DNA of 64,000 nucleotides from Escherichia coli (GTDB lineage Bacteria; Pseudomonadota; Gammaproteobacteria; Enterobacterales; Enterobacteriaceae): NCBI RefSeq assembly GCF_011045215.1, contig NZ_CP049201.1; one strand, 5' to 3'. Shown piece by piece: positions 1 to 10,476 of this stretch (position 1 is its first letter; each line of letters starts with the position of its first letter). The notes under the pieces were generated by a model. It saw only the letters and a program-made list of their open reading frames with translations, ran no database searches and was not told where the DNA came from. The position numbers and the translations under genes were made by a program.

Positions 1-573
1 GAGGTAGTTGAAAATTACTGGACTGCTATCCTTCATACTAATATGACGAATGAGCATTTTGGCTTTGAAATCGCCTAATGAATAGCAAATTTCAAAAATA
101 CCGTGACCCTGGTTATCTCTGTGGTTTATATCGCAACCGGCCTGTACCATCAAATCAAAGATAGAGTGATTTTTTACGTAAAAAAGTATTGTTCTTCCGC
201 ATTTATCCACATTGTTGACATTAATTCCAGCATTGATCAGGGTTTTGCAACAGGATATATTATCAGCTAACGAGCATAAACAGGTTTGGCCGAGACCATT
301 TTTATGGTGTATATCTACGCCGGAATCAATCAATTTTTTCAGTATGTGAGGATTTCGCTGGTTAAACAAAACATTGTGACCATAGTTGTCAGCATGGTTA
401 AAATCTATTCCTGCTTTAACCAGAGTGTCAATCATTCTTGGGTTTTTACAGTAAAACAGTATATTTCTTCCAAACGAATCCAGTGTATTAATATCGGAGC
501 CTGCATTAATGCAAGCCTGAATGTCTTTTGGAGTTTTACAAGAGAGTAATGTATTTATTGCGTTGTTATTCAT
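1..573 (-). CDS. Ankyrin-repeat protein, partial (start codon at 573-571, C-terminus runs past window start)
   Basis: Minus-strand ATG at 573 preceded by AGGAG-like RBS; my translation MNNNAINTLL... shows repeated ankyrin-like units (DxxGxTxL, NxxDxxGxT); not in ORF track because no stop inside window. Confidence 0.55.
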   Translation of the reverse strand, partial: MNNNAINTLLSCKTPKDIQACINAGSDINTLDSFGRNILFYCKNPRMIDTLVKAGIDFNHADNYGHNVLFNQRNPHILKKLIDSGVDIHHKNGLGQTCLCSLADNISCCKTLINAGINVNNVDKCGRTILFYVKNHSIFDLMVQAGCDINHRDNQGHGIFEICYSLGDFKAKMLIRHISMKDSSPVIFNYL

Positions 574-588
574 AATTTTTCTCCTCTG

Positions 589-1029
589 TTAAGCGACTAA
601 TCTGATATAGTTGTCATGGTTGGTTTTATATTCCTTTATTTTTTTAATGTCTTCGTAAATTCGAGCGAGTGAAAACCATGAGATCTCTTTCAACATGTTT
701 TTGTTGCTTACATACAAAATGTTACCACCGCGAAATGAAAAAGCATTATGGAATGTACTTTCATTCGTCGTTTTGAGAAATCGAATGAAATTTTTTATTG
801 TCTCTTTTTTGTTCATGTTATAAGAGGTGAATGTATAGATAGAGAATACGGTTAAAATATTTCTCTTCGAGACCATATGTCTTGAGAAATAATCGAAATA
901 AAATCTTTGCTCCTGAGTGTCACTTTTGCAGAAAAAAGAAAATTGTGGATTATATAATCTATAAAGATCTGCGTTCTTTTTTGTTTTGGCGAGATAGTTA
1001 GTCAGGCTTGGATATTTTGTTTTATTCAT
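589..1029 (-). CDS. Hypothetical protein, 146 aa, immediately upstream of the ankyrin gene
   Basis: ORF track; 16-nt gap to downstream ankyrin gene suggests co-transcription; no domain recognised. Confidence 0.4.
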   Translation of the reverse strand: MNKTKYPSLTNYLAKTKKNADLYRLYNPQFSFFCKSDTQEQRFYFDYFSRHMVSKRNILTVFSIYTFTSYNMNKKETIKNFIRFLKTTNESTFHNAFSFRGGNILYVSNKNMLKEISWFSLARIYEDIKKIKEYKTNHDNYIRLVA

Positions 1030-1690
1030 TTTAGTTCTCCTTTATTTAATTAACAAAGGAAATATATATTATTAAATAAACAAAATGCAAATATATTTTT
1101 ATATTTATTTAATTAAATAGTTATATTTTTATTATATTTCATATAAGGTGTTGTTTTTCATTGTTATTTTATTTTTATCAAAAAGTGCTGTGTTTTATTT
1201 GATTGATTTGGTTTGAGAGTAGTGATTGATATAGTATGAATTGGCGATGAGGGTGTTTTAAAAAATAAATTTATCAAAGTGCAAAGGTGCAATGTGGGGC
1301 TTTGTATTAAATTAATGATGTTAGCGCCCCTTGGCTATCTAACTAAAGGTTAAAGCCAAGGGGAGAGTGTTCAGGCAGATTCAATTCATAATCTTTTTTT
1401 TGTAATTGCTTTACAGGTAACTGGTTGAAGCGTTGTTCGTAAAACCTTTTGCTCTCTCTGTAATTTGTCCTGGAGGATTTCTTCATAAAAGTAGCGTTCT
1501 TTTAGCGATTCTATATCAACTTTTATATCATTACGTATTAACCATTTAATTAGCAGTCTTCCTGCATAGTGCGTCAGTAGATATGTACTGCTTATGTAAA
1601 ACCAAACATGACTAATGTCTGTCAGCTTCTTTAGTTGTAAAATTAATTTTTTAGCGTCGGCATTTGTTGGTGTTATGATACATTTATCAC

Positions 1691-2371
1691 TTATCTCAAA
1701 TTCATTTTTTGTTTTATAAGCAATGACAACAGCTCAATTGATTTAAATGTAATGTTCTTGAGTACAATTTTTGAACTATTTGTAAGGTGAATATTACGGA
1801 TAAAAAAGCGCATGTAGTTATCATTTTTAGATTCCCAGTGCGTATATTTACCAACTATGCTATTATTTTCTGACTGCCAGTGATCGAATGCTGTCTGTCC
1901 ACTTATATTTTTATGATTAATGTCGCAACCAGCCTCAATTAGTGCATCGTACACATATCCTTCAAATGGAATGAAAAGAAAGGAATTGCCATATCTATCT
2001 TTGGTATGGATATCTAGTCCTGCTTTGATAAGATATTTTACTAACCCTGGTGAAACATCAATATGTTGAATCGCAAGGGTGCCTGACTTATTCCGGTGGT
2101 TAACATTAATACCATTGCTGACAAGAAGTTCCACTGTTTCAACATTTTGAGCATAGAATAATGCATTATTACCGTCATTATCCAAGTGGTGAATGTCAAT
2201 GTCAGCGTCAATCATTGCCTGTATAGCTTCAGGTACATTACAGGTAAAAAGAGCAGTTTGACCTTTACTATTGCACATATTTATATCCATGCCAGCCTTA
2301 AGGCAACGAAGGACACCATTTTTAGACTTTACACGGAATAGGTTATTTTTATTATTTTCTCTTGATATCAT
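1691..2371 (-). CDS. Ankyrin-repeat protein, 226 aa (probably frameshift-truncated, see findings)
   Basis: ORF translation shows about five ankyrin repeats (NSKGQTALF, DNDGNNALFYA, NKSGTLAIQH, DRYGNSFLF, NISGQTAF); very AT-rich. Confidence 0.6.
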   Translation of the reverse strand: MISRENNKNNLFRVKSKNGVLRCLKAGMDINMCNSKGQTALFTCNVPEAIQAMIDADIDIHHLDNDGNNALFYAQNVETVELLVSNGINVNHRNKSGTLAIQHIDVSPGLVKYLIKAGLDIHTKDRYGNSFLFIPFEGYVYDALIEAGCDINHKNISGQTAFDHWQSENNSIVGKYTHWESKNDNYMRFFIRNIHLTNSSKIVLKNITFKSIELLSLLIKQKMNLR

Positions 2372-2890
2372 TGTTTATCTCCTTTTTTGTTGTTTTCAAG
2401 ATATTAATGACACCAGATTTTACGGTATTCAAATTTATTTTTGTTTTATTAGGGGGTATCTGATTTGGTTTGCTTAAGGTTATTCTTAACTTAATGGAAC
2501 ATAGGGACTTTAAGGTTATCCTATGTGATGTGGATTAACCATTTTCACAAGAATATTTATCCATATTGGAGCTAATCTGTATAAAGGAGATAATTAGAGG
2601 CTCAGATATTAATACTATAGAGAGTAATGCTATAGGATATGGAAAAGATCATGTAATATAATGGTGGTTATTAATGTTCATCTTAATTTTGGAAATTAAA
2701 TGAGTAGTGTTTTTTATGAGGTTTTTTGCTGTTGATAATTCTTATTAAAATTTGAAGAGCATCCTTTAAGTTATTCGGCTTGAGGATGCTCATTTAAAAT
2801 TTAAGCAGCGTAGTCTTTTTCAACAGCCAGGAAGGGGTGATGCTGCCAACTTACTGATTTAGTGTATGATGGTGTTTTTGAGGTGCTCCA

Positions 2891-3133
2891 GTGGCTTCTG
2901 TTTATATCAGCTGTCCCTCCTGTTCAGCTACTGACGGGATGGTGCGTAACGGTAAAAGTACTGCCGGACATCAGCGCTATCTCTGCTCTCACTGCCGTAA
3001 AACATGGCAACTGCAGTTCACTTACACCGCTTCTCAACCCGGTACGCACCAGAAAATCATTGATGTGGCCATGAATGGCGTTGGCCTCAACACGATTTTA
3101 CGTCACTTAAAAAACTCAGGCCGCAGTCGGTAA
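2891..3133 (+). CDS. insA: IS1 InsA-like protein, 80 aa (appears to carry an in-frame ~11-aa deletion in the HTH region)
   Basis: [16 protein letters not shown]...[25 protein letters not shown]...[15 protein letters not shown] matches IS1 InsA; segment between NGVG and LNTIL is missing relative to the InsA I recall. Confidence 0.75.
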   Translation: MASVYISCPSCSATDGMVRNGKSTAGHQRYLCSHCRKTWQLQFTYTASQPGTHQKIIDVAMNGVGLNTILRHLKNSGRSR

Positions 3134-3177
3134 CCTCGCGCATATAGCCGGGCAGTGACATCATCGTCTGCGCGGAA

Positions 3178-3555
3178 ATGGACGAACAGTGGGGCTACGT
3201 CGGGGCTAAATCGCGGCAGCGCTGGCTGTTTTACGCGTATGACAGGCTCTGGAAGACGGTTGTTGCGCACGTATTCGGTGAACGCACTATAGCGACGCTG
3301 GAGCGTCTTATGAGCCTGCTGTCACCCTTTGACGTGGTGATATGGATGACGGATGGCTGGCCGCTGTATGAATCCCGCCTGAAGGGAAAGCTGCATGTAA
3401 TCAGCAAGCGATATACGCAGCGAATTGAGCGGCATAACCTGAATCTGAGGCAGCATCTGGCACGGCTGGGACGGAAGTCGCTGTCGTTCTCAAAATCGGT
3501 GGAGCTGCATGACAAAGTAATCGGGCATTATCTGAACATAAAACACTATCAATAA
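3178..3555 (+). pseudogene. insB: IS1 insB (transposase catalytic part); upstream insB frame interrupted by TAG at 3157-3159
   Basis: ORF matches InsB C-terminal 125 aa ([22 protein letters not shown]...HYLNIKHYQ); in the InsAB' frame the sequence reads ...[25 protein letters not shown] where canonical IS1 has Gln. Confidence 0.7.
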
Positions 3556-3600
3556 GTTGGGACCATTACCAAATAGTTTATATGCTAAAAATTTAGGGAA

Positions 3601-6600
3601 TCATTTTCCTAATTCTCCAGCTAAAAGTTCAGCCTGCTTCAAAACAGTCTCTGTGGCGAGCAATGACATATCAGGCGGATAACCATATTTTTTGAGCAGA
3701 CGTTTTACCACCACGCGAATTTTTGCTCTTGCTGCTTCTTTCACTGTCCAGTCAAGACTGACATTGTTGCGGATAGCCTCCGTAAGTACGACTGCCAGTT
3801 CTCGTAGTTTTTCCTTTTCCATTAACTCGCGAGCACTGTCGTTATCTGCAACAGCAGAATAGAAGGCATATTCATAAGCGCTGAGGTTTAACTGGCTGGC
3901 AAGGCTGTCAGATTCCTGGATAGTCTTGGCAAGCTTGATTAGCTCATCAATTACCTCCGCTGCTGTCAGTACCTTGTTCTGGTAGCCATTGATTGCAGAG
4001 GTCAGCATATCAATCAGTTTTTTGCCTTGGGTGATACTTTGATTCGAGCGAACTTTAATCTCGTCAGAAAGCAGTTTTTTAAGCGTTTCCAAAGCAATAT
4101 TTCTGTGTTGGTAATCCTTCATTTCCTGAAGGAATTCTTCAGAAAGAACGGAAATATCTGGCTTTTGTATCCCAGCAGCGTCAAAAATATCAACAACTTT
4201 ATCGGTAACCAGAGCCTGATCGATAGTCTGTTTTACCCGAACTTCCAGACTGTCATTGTGTTCTTCTTCTGATCCGTCTGAGTTTTCAGTAAATTTATTC
4301 AGTCTGGCTTTTACTGCCTGGAAGAATGCTACTTCGGGTGCCGCTTCCATTGCTTTATCGTGCGGTGTCGCCAATGCAAATGCCTGCGACAAGGCTGCAA
4401 CCGCAGCCAGGAAACGCATTTTACCTTTACCGTTATCCAGCCCTAAAATATGGTTTTCTGATTCAAGAATAATTGTCAGGCGTTGTGAAGTAGTTGCGGC
4501 AAAGTAAGCTTTGTAATCGTAGCCATGCATCATGCCTTCCAGGATTTCCAGCTTTTCCTGCATGAGCGTTACAGCTTCTTCCTGAACCTCAGCAGGATCT
4601 CCACGTCCACCTGCATCAGAGTAAAAGGAGAGGGCTTCTTTTAAATCAGAGGCAATGCCCAGATAGTCAACAACCAGACCGCCTATCTTATCTTTATACA
4701 CACGGTTCACACGGGCAATTGCCTGCATGAGGTTGTGGCCTTTCATTGGTTTGTCGATATACAGCGTATGCATGCTGGGAGCGTCGAAGCCGGTTAACCA
4801 CATATCACGCACTATCACCAGTTTCAGCTTGTCGTCGTCATCCTTCATACGATTAGCCAGAACCTGACGTTCTTTTTTTGTGGTGTGGTGTTTAGCGATT
4901 TCTGGTCCGTCAGCAGCAGAAGAGGTCATGACGACTTTAATCACGCCATCATTTAGATTATCGCTGTGCCATTCAGGTTTTAACTCTATGATTTCTTTAT
5001 AAAGTTCAGCAGCAATACGACGGGACATGGTGACAATCATGCCCTTGCCATGATCGGCATTAGATTTTAAGCGCTGTTCAAAGTGCTGAACCATATCCGC
5101 CGCAATAGCTTTAATACGTTTTGAACTGCCAATCAAACCTTCGATTCTGGCCCATTTAGACCGTTCTTTCTGGGTAAGCGTCAGCTCGTCTTCGTTAAAC
5201 TCATCGTCGAAGTCTTCAATTAGCTGGCGACCTTCGTCACTGATGGCAATTTTGGCAAGACGGCTTTCATAGAAGATACGCACGGTTGCACCGTCTTCTA
5301 CGGCCTGTGAGATATCGTAGATATCAACGTAGTTACCAAAAACAGCAGGTGTGTTTACGTCCGTTTTTTCTATGGGGGTTCCGGTAAAGCCAAGATAGGT
5401 AGCATTGGGCAAGGCATCACGCATATATTTGGCAAAGCCGTAAACGGTGCGTTTACCTGTTACGTTGCCTTCGCTGTCTTTCACGTCAACTTCTTTGGCG
5501 CTGAAACCGTATTGTGAACGGTGGGCTTCATCAGCGATAACGACAATATTGGTTCTGTCTGACAACAACTCATAGATATTGCTGCCATCATTAGGCTGGA
5601 ATTTTTGAATAGTGGTAAACACCACACCACCAGAGGCTACGCGCAAATATTCTTTGAGTTCTTCCCGGTTGTCGGCCTGTTTTGGTGTCTGACGAAGTAG
5701 CTAGGTCGCGGAAGAGAACGTACCGAATAGCTGATCATCCAAATCGTTACGGTCAGTAATCACAACAACTGTCGGATTATCCAGCGCCAGCACAATTTTC
5801 CCGGTATAAAACACCATCGAAAGCGATTTACCGGAACCCTGAGTATGCCAGACTACGCCCGCTTTGCGATCTCCGGTTTTTTGCGCATTAACAAGATCTT
5901 TACTGTTACGTCCCTGCTGGCGCAGTGCCACTTCGGCAGAGGGGGAGTCCGCATTCACCGCTGAGGCACGAATAGTGGAAAGAACTGCTGCATTGACCGC
6001 GTAGTACTGGTGATAAGCCGCCATTTTTTTAACAGTACGGATACTGATAATCCCTTTGCTGTCTTCATGTTTGCTGGCCTCAAACACGATAAAGTGGCGG
6101 ATCATATCCAGCAGCGTTACAGGATTAAGCAACCCCTGTAATAAAACTTCAAGCTGTGGTTGGGTACTGGTGGCTTGCGTTTTACCGTTAGCAGTTTTCC
6201 ACGTCATATAACGACTGAAATCGGCAGAAACCGTCCCCGCTTTGGCTTCCAGCCCGTCAGATATCACATTAAAAGCATTGTAGTTAAACAGACCGGGGAT
6301 TTGGTTCTGATAGGTTTTAATCTGATTATAGGCACCTGTTACCGTAGCATTTTCGTCAGCGGCATTTTTAAGTTCGATAACGACTAATGGCAGGCCGTTG
6401 ATGAATAAAATAAGATCAGGTCGGCGGGTATGATTGCCTTCTTTGATGGTGAGCTGATTAATGACCAGAAATTCATTATTAGTGGGATCGTTAAAGTCGA
6501 TCAGGCAGGCCAGCTCTCCTTGTGTATTACCATCCTTACTGACTTCGATATTGATCCCTTCGGTCAACAGGCGATGAAAGGCCAGATTGTTTGCCATTAG

Positions 6601-6840
6601 ATCAGGTGTGCTGATCTGCATCACCTGTTTCAGGGCTTCCTCACACTTCTGTTCACTAAGGTGCGGATTCAGGCGTTGTAGAGCAATACGCACCTTATCT
6701 TCAAGGATAACCTGCTGATAGCTACGTAACGGATTGATTCCACTGGGTTCAATGTCCGGGCCGTAAACATACTCATAGCCCAGCCCTTGCAGGTGCTCAA
6801 TTGCCATTACTTCAATATCGGATTCGGTCATCTTTGCCAT
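3601..6840 (-). pseudogene. hsdR: Type I restriction enzyme R subunit (HsdR) split by one in-frame amber codon at 5701-5703
   Basis: ORF 5701..6840 is the HsdR N-terminus through helicase motif I (WHTQGSGKS); ORF 3601..5646 continues in the same frame with the DEAH motif ([12 protein letters not shown]) and C-terminal domains; only a TAG plus 18 sense codons separates them. Confidence 0.85.
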
Positions 6841-6898
6841 GCGTACTGTCCTTATTGCCGCTTAACCAGAGAGCGGGCTGTACACCCGCATAATTATT

Positions 6899-8050
6899 TT
6901 ATGCTACTGATGCGATTGCTTCTTCTGCATACTGAACCCGTACTTCACCGCTCATCAGTTTGGGAAGTAAGGTATCGCGGAGTTTTTCTAAGCTATCAAT
7001 TTGTTTTGAGTTGTTAATAAGTTTACTTTCAAATGAATCTAATAACTCATTAATTATACGTAGGGAAGCTTCTGTTGGCAGATTAACATTGAACTTCTTA
7101 AGATGATCCAAGTTAACTCGTTGTCTGCCACTTGAACCTTCCATACAGCTTTCTGCATATTCTTTGAAGTCCGGGTTTCGGCACATGATATATGAGATAA
7201 AAGGATGGATTTCTTTTTTAGGACGCATAACTATGAATTCGGTAGAACCCCATCCAGTTTCATTGTCGTCTAAAAAATCAATATAGGCCGCTTTCCCATT
7301 TTCTAAACATGGGGTAATTCTGGCTAGCAAGGTATCTCGTTTAGTAAATTTAGTTCCTGAAGAAAATGGACGTCTGTAATATCCATTTGCACGAAAATTA
7401 ACAGTGCTCAGTCCAGCCATGTCCAAATAAGTAGCGTCTTGGCTTTTAATTAAAGTTCGCTTTGGATTAAAGTCAATTATCTGATCTATACTAACTGATA
7501 CACCAGTGCTATCTAAAATAAACCACTGCCTAAACAGGGTTTCAGCCATAGATTCTAGTGTTTTATTCTGGCAATGAAGCAGGTCTATTTTGTCTTTAAG
7601 AGAGGACAAAATAGAGGCGATGGCTTTTTGTTCAGATTCATCAATTGGTAAGTAAAGAGGAATCAAATTTAGCGATGCTTTATTTAATTTTGGTTGAGCA
7701 GCACCTGTTAAATAAGGAGATAGATCAAGTTGTGAAAAATATTGGATTATCAATGCCGTTAAATGGGGCTTTTTAGCTTTAAGGACATGAGCGTGATTAT
7801 TAACCCAAAATTTTCCAGTAGCTTCAAATGCTATAGGTGTTTTTCTGGAATTTAAGTTTTCTCCATCTTCAGAAATAAGGATGTAGCTGCCATCAAAAAT
7901 ATAATTGTCGATATAATCGACAATTCCTGACGCTCCATAATATGGAAAATTTCCTTTCTTATGGGCTCGTTCCATAGCACTCAAAGGAATTCTTTGTGCG
8001 TTGCAAAAATCTGCTAATTCAGTTATACAAAAATTTCTCCACCTACTCAT
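6899..8050 (-). CDS. hsdS: Type I restriction-modification specificity subunit (HsdS), 383 aa
   Basis: Between hsdM and hsdR, 4-bp overlap (ATGA) with hsdM; two-TRD architecture with conserved central and C-terminal helical repeats (Lxx[28 protein letters not shown]). Confidence 0.8.
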   Translation of the reverse strand: MSRWRNFCITELADFCNAQRIPLSAMERAHKKGNFPYYGASGIVDYIDNYIFDGSYILISEDGENLNSRKTPIAFEATGKFWVNNHAHVLKAKKPHLTALIIQYFSQLDLSPYLTGAAQPKLNKASLNLIPLYLPIDESEQKAIASILSSLKDKIDLLHCQNKTLESMAETLFRQWFILDSTGVSVSIDQIIDFNPKRTLIKSQDATYLDMAGLSTVNFRANGYYRRPFSSGTKFTKRDTLLARITPCLENGKAAYIDFLDDNETGWGSTEFIVMRPKKEIHPFISYIMCRNPDFKEYAESCMEGSSGRQRVNLDHLKKFNVNLPTEASLRIINELLDSFESKLINNSKQIDSLEKLRDTLLPKLMSGEVRVQYAEEAIASVA

Positions 8051-9594
8051 AAAACCACCTTCGCCAGATTATCAACGATGGCTCTGTTCAGACGCGCCTC
8101 TTCTTCCAGTTGCGCTTCAAACTCAGCTTTAAGAGCCGTAAAGCGTTCTTTAAAGTCGAAATCGTCTTCTTCATCAGCAAGACCAACATAACGGCCAGGT
8201 GTCAGCACATAATCGAGTTTAGCAACTTCAGCAATGTCTACTGACGCACAGAAACCAGCGACGTCTTCGTAGTCGCCACCTTTGTTACGCCAGTTATGGT
8301 AGGTATCGGCTATGGTTTTAATATCGTAGTCAGACAGGACTTTGGTTCGACGATTAATTAAATGGCCTAAATTCCGGGCATCAATAAACAGAATTTCTTT
8401 ACTGCGATCACGATATTGGCTGCTATTTTCACGATCACGACGCATAAACCATAACGCCGCAGGGATCTGGGTGTTCAGGAACAGTTTTGCAGGTAAATTT
8501 ACGATACAGTCAATCACATTGGCATCTTTTACCAGTGCGGCACGGATATCACCTTCACCAGAACTTTTAGATGTTAAAGCCCCTTTTGCCAGTACAACAC
8601 CAGCCTGACCTTTTGGCGACAGGTGATACAGAAAATGCTGCATCCAGGCAAAGTTAGCATTCCCGGTAGGTGGGATACCGTATTGCCAACGGGCATCGCC
8701 ACGAAGCTGCTCACCGGACCAGTCAGACACGTTAAACGGTGGATTGGCAATGATAAAATCAGATTTTAGATCTTTGTGGGCATCGTTAAGGAATGAGCCT
8801 TCACTGTTCCAGCGGACGTGTTCTGAATTGATACCCCGGATAGCCAGGTTCATTTTTGCCAGACGCCAGGTGGTCTGGTTGGATTCCTGACCGTAAATCG
8901 AAATATCGTCAATATTTCCCTGATGCGCTTCAACAAATTTTTCTGACTGAACGAACATACCACCGGAACCGCAGCAAGGGTCAAAGACTCGGCCTTTATA
9001 GGGTTCCAGCATGTTAACCAGCAGGCTTACGATGGATTTTGGCGTATAGAACTGACCGCCCTGTTTGCCTTCTGCCAGTGCAAATTCACCAAGGAAGTAT
9101 TCGAATACGTGGCCTAATACATCAGCAGAACGCGCTTTGGCATCTCCCAGTGCAATGTTGCCAATCAGATCTATCAGTTCACCCAGCACAGTTGCGTCGA
9201 GGTTCTGGCGAGCGTAGACTTTCGGCAGCACACCTTTTAGCTGTGGGTTACCCGCTTCGATAAGCTCCATAGCATCATCAACCAGCTTACCGATTTCGGG
9301 TAGCTTTGCCTTAGATATTAGATAGTTCCAGCGTGCAAGCTCAGGGACAAAGAAAATGTTGTAAGCGGTGTACTCGTCTCTATCTTCCGGGTCAGCGCCT
9401 GCGAACTCGCCTTCACCAGCCTTCAGCAACTCATAATGAGATTCAAAAGAATCAGAAATATACTTAAGGAAAATCAGGCCCAGCACGACATGCTTGTACT
9501 CGGCTGCATCAATGTTCTTACGTAGCTTGTCAGCCGCTTTCCACAGGATGACCTCTAACGGGTCTGTTTTGATTTCTTTAGGTTTTCTGGCCAT
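8047..9594 (-). CDS. hsdM: Type I restriction-modification N6-adenine DNA methyltransferase (HsdM), 515 aa
   Basis: HsdM N-terminal domain, AdoMet motif ([12 protein letters not shown]) and catalytic NPPF motif ([12 protein letters not shown]). Confidence 0.9.
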   Translation of the reverse strand: MARKPKEIKTDPLEVILWKAADKLRKNIDAAEYKHVVLGLIFLKYISDSFESHYELLKAGEGEFAGADPEDRDEYTAYNIFFVPELARWNYLISKAKLPEIGKLVDDAMELIEAGNPQLKGVLPKVYARQNLDATVLGELIDLIGNIALGDAKARSADVLGHVFEYFLGEFALAEGKQGGQFYTPKSIVSLLVNMLEPYKGRVFDPCCGSGGMFVQSEKFVEAHQGNIDDISIYGQESNQTTWRLAKMNLAIRGINSEHVRWNSEGSFLNDAHKDLKSDFIIANPPFNVSDWSGEQLRGDARWQYGIPPTGNANFAWMQHFLYHLSPKGQAGVVLAKGALTSKSSGEGDIRAALVKDANVIDCIVNLPAKLFLNTQIPAALWFMRRDRENSSQYRDRSKEILFIDARNLGHLINRRTKVLSDYDIKTIADTYHNWRNKGGDYEDVAGFCASVDIAEVAKLDYVLTPGRYVGLADEEDDFDFKERFTALKAEFEAQLEEEARLNRAIVDNLAKVVL

Positions 9595-9889
9595 TAGCGT
9601 AACTTTGTGAAGGTGGAAGATGGCCCTATTTTGCCTTAAAGTTCCGCTTGTTACGAGCTTATACAGCGATTAATTATTATCTGGTTTTAGTGTGTTCGTG
9701 TAGCTCAGCAAGTGCAATGACTCATGGAGTAAATGCTTTGTAGCGGGATTGTAGATGTCAGGTCATTGCCGTCAATGGAGCCAGTGTCATTGGCATAATT
9801 GCTGCACAGCCGATGCCACGCGCACATTCGCTAGTTCACTGTGGTTCATCGTGTGTACTACACCAGTACGCAGTCCGGGAAGTAACGGC

Positions 9890-10075
9890 ATGGCAGAATC
9901 GTTTGTAAAGACGTTCAAGCGGGATTATGTGTACGTAGATGATCTGCTGGATGCAGTCTAAATGATGGAAACAATGGCAGAATAGATAGAGGATTATAAT
10001 AATCTGCATCCACACAAGGGGTTGAACATGAAATCGCCACGCGAATATCGTGATGCCATATTAGCAGTTAATTAG
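9890..10075 (+). pseudogene. IS3-family transposase C-terminal remnant (frameshifted, with stops)
   Basis: Translations NGMAESFVKTFKRDYVY and YNNLHPHKGLNMKSPREYRD resemble the integrase-core C-terminus of IS3-family OrfB, but lie in different frames and are interrupted by stops. Confidence 0.5.
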
Positions 10076-10393
10076 CCGTGTCCGTTTTAGCAGGGACAAC
10101 TCCAGTATTCAAAAAAGCTTTCTTAGTGCATATGCATGAGGTGAATAGATGTACAGGCTATGACAAACCATAGTTGTAATTTTTAATGTTTAAAATTCTC
10201 CGTTACAGTAGGACACTCCTTGTACATTAAATTCCATCTAAGGTTGAATTTTTAATTTAATAAGGTCGCAATCTAAAATGATGTGTATGGGGTTATTTGT
10301 AAGATGATTTTTTATGTTTGATAGTGGTGATTAAGGGAGCGGGTAATGTTTGTCTATTCAAAAATATAGAGATTCAAGGTTGGTAGCAGTTTG

Positions 10394-10476
10394 GCTTCTT
10401 TTCTAACCGAAGGGCAGAAAAGCAAGGGGAACTCGAAGAAGCAAGCGCAGCGGCTTCGCAGAGTTAGCCCTTGCTT
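10394..10476. repeat. Cluster of nested inverted repeats (stem-loops) in a noncoding AT-rich spacer
   Basis: cttttct/agaaaag (10398-10422), gaagc/gcttc (10438-10457) enclosed by agcaaggg/cccttgct (10422-10475). Confidence 0.4.

Larger units (their letters stand above)
2836..3570 (+). mobile_element. IS1-family insertion sequence, defective copy (~735 bp)
   Basis: Left end ggtgatgctgccaacttactgat at 2836; InsA and InsB protein sequences recognised; right end near ...caataagttgggaccattacc (3570); shorter than the ~768 bp I recall for IS1. Confidence 0.8.

Noticed and set aside
3231-4507. Small ORFs inside the IS1 and hsdR sequence (2862..3074, 3231..3515, 4027..4272, 4256..4507)
   Set aside because: Alternative-frame or antisense ORFs within recognised insA/insB and hsdR coding sequence.
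3157-5703. Idea that the two amber codons (hsdR at 5701-5703, insB frame at 3157-3159) indicate an amber-suppressor host or deliberate recoding
   Set aside because: Two nonsense codons in accessory genes are readily explained by ordinary pseudogenisation; nothing in this window (no suppressor tRNA gene, no systematic pattern) supports recoding. Kept only as a check suggestion.
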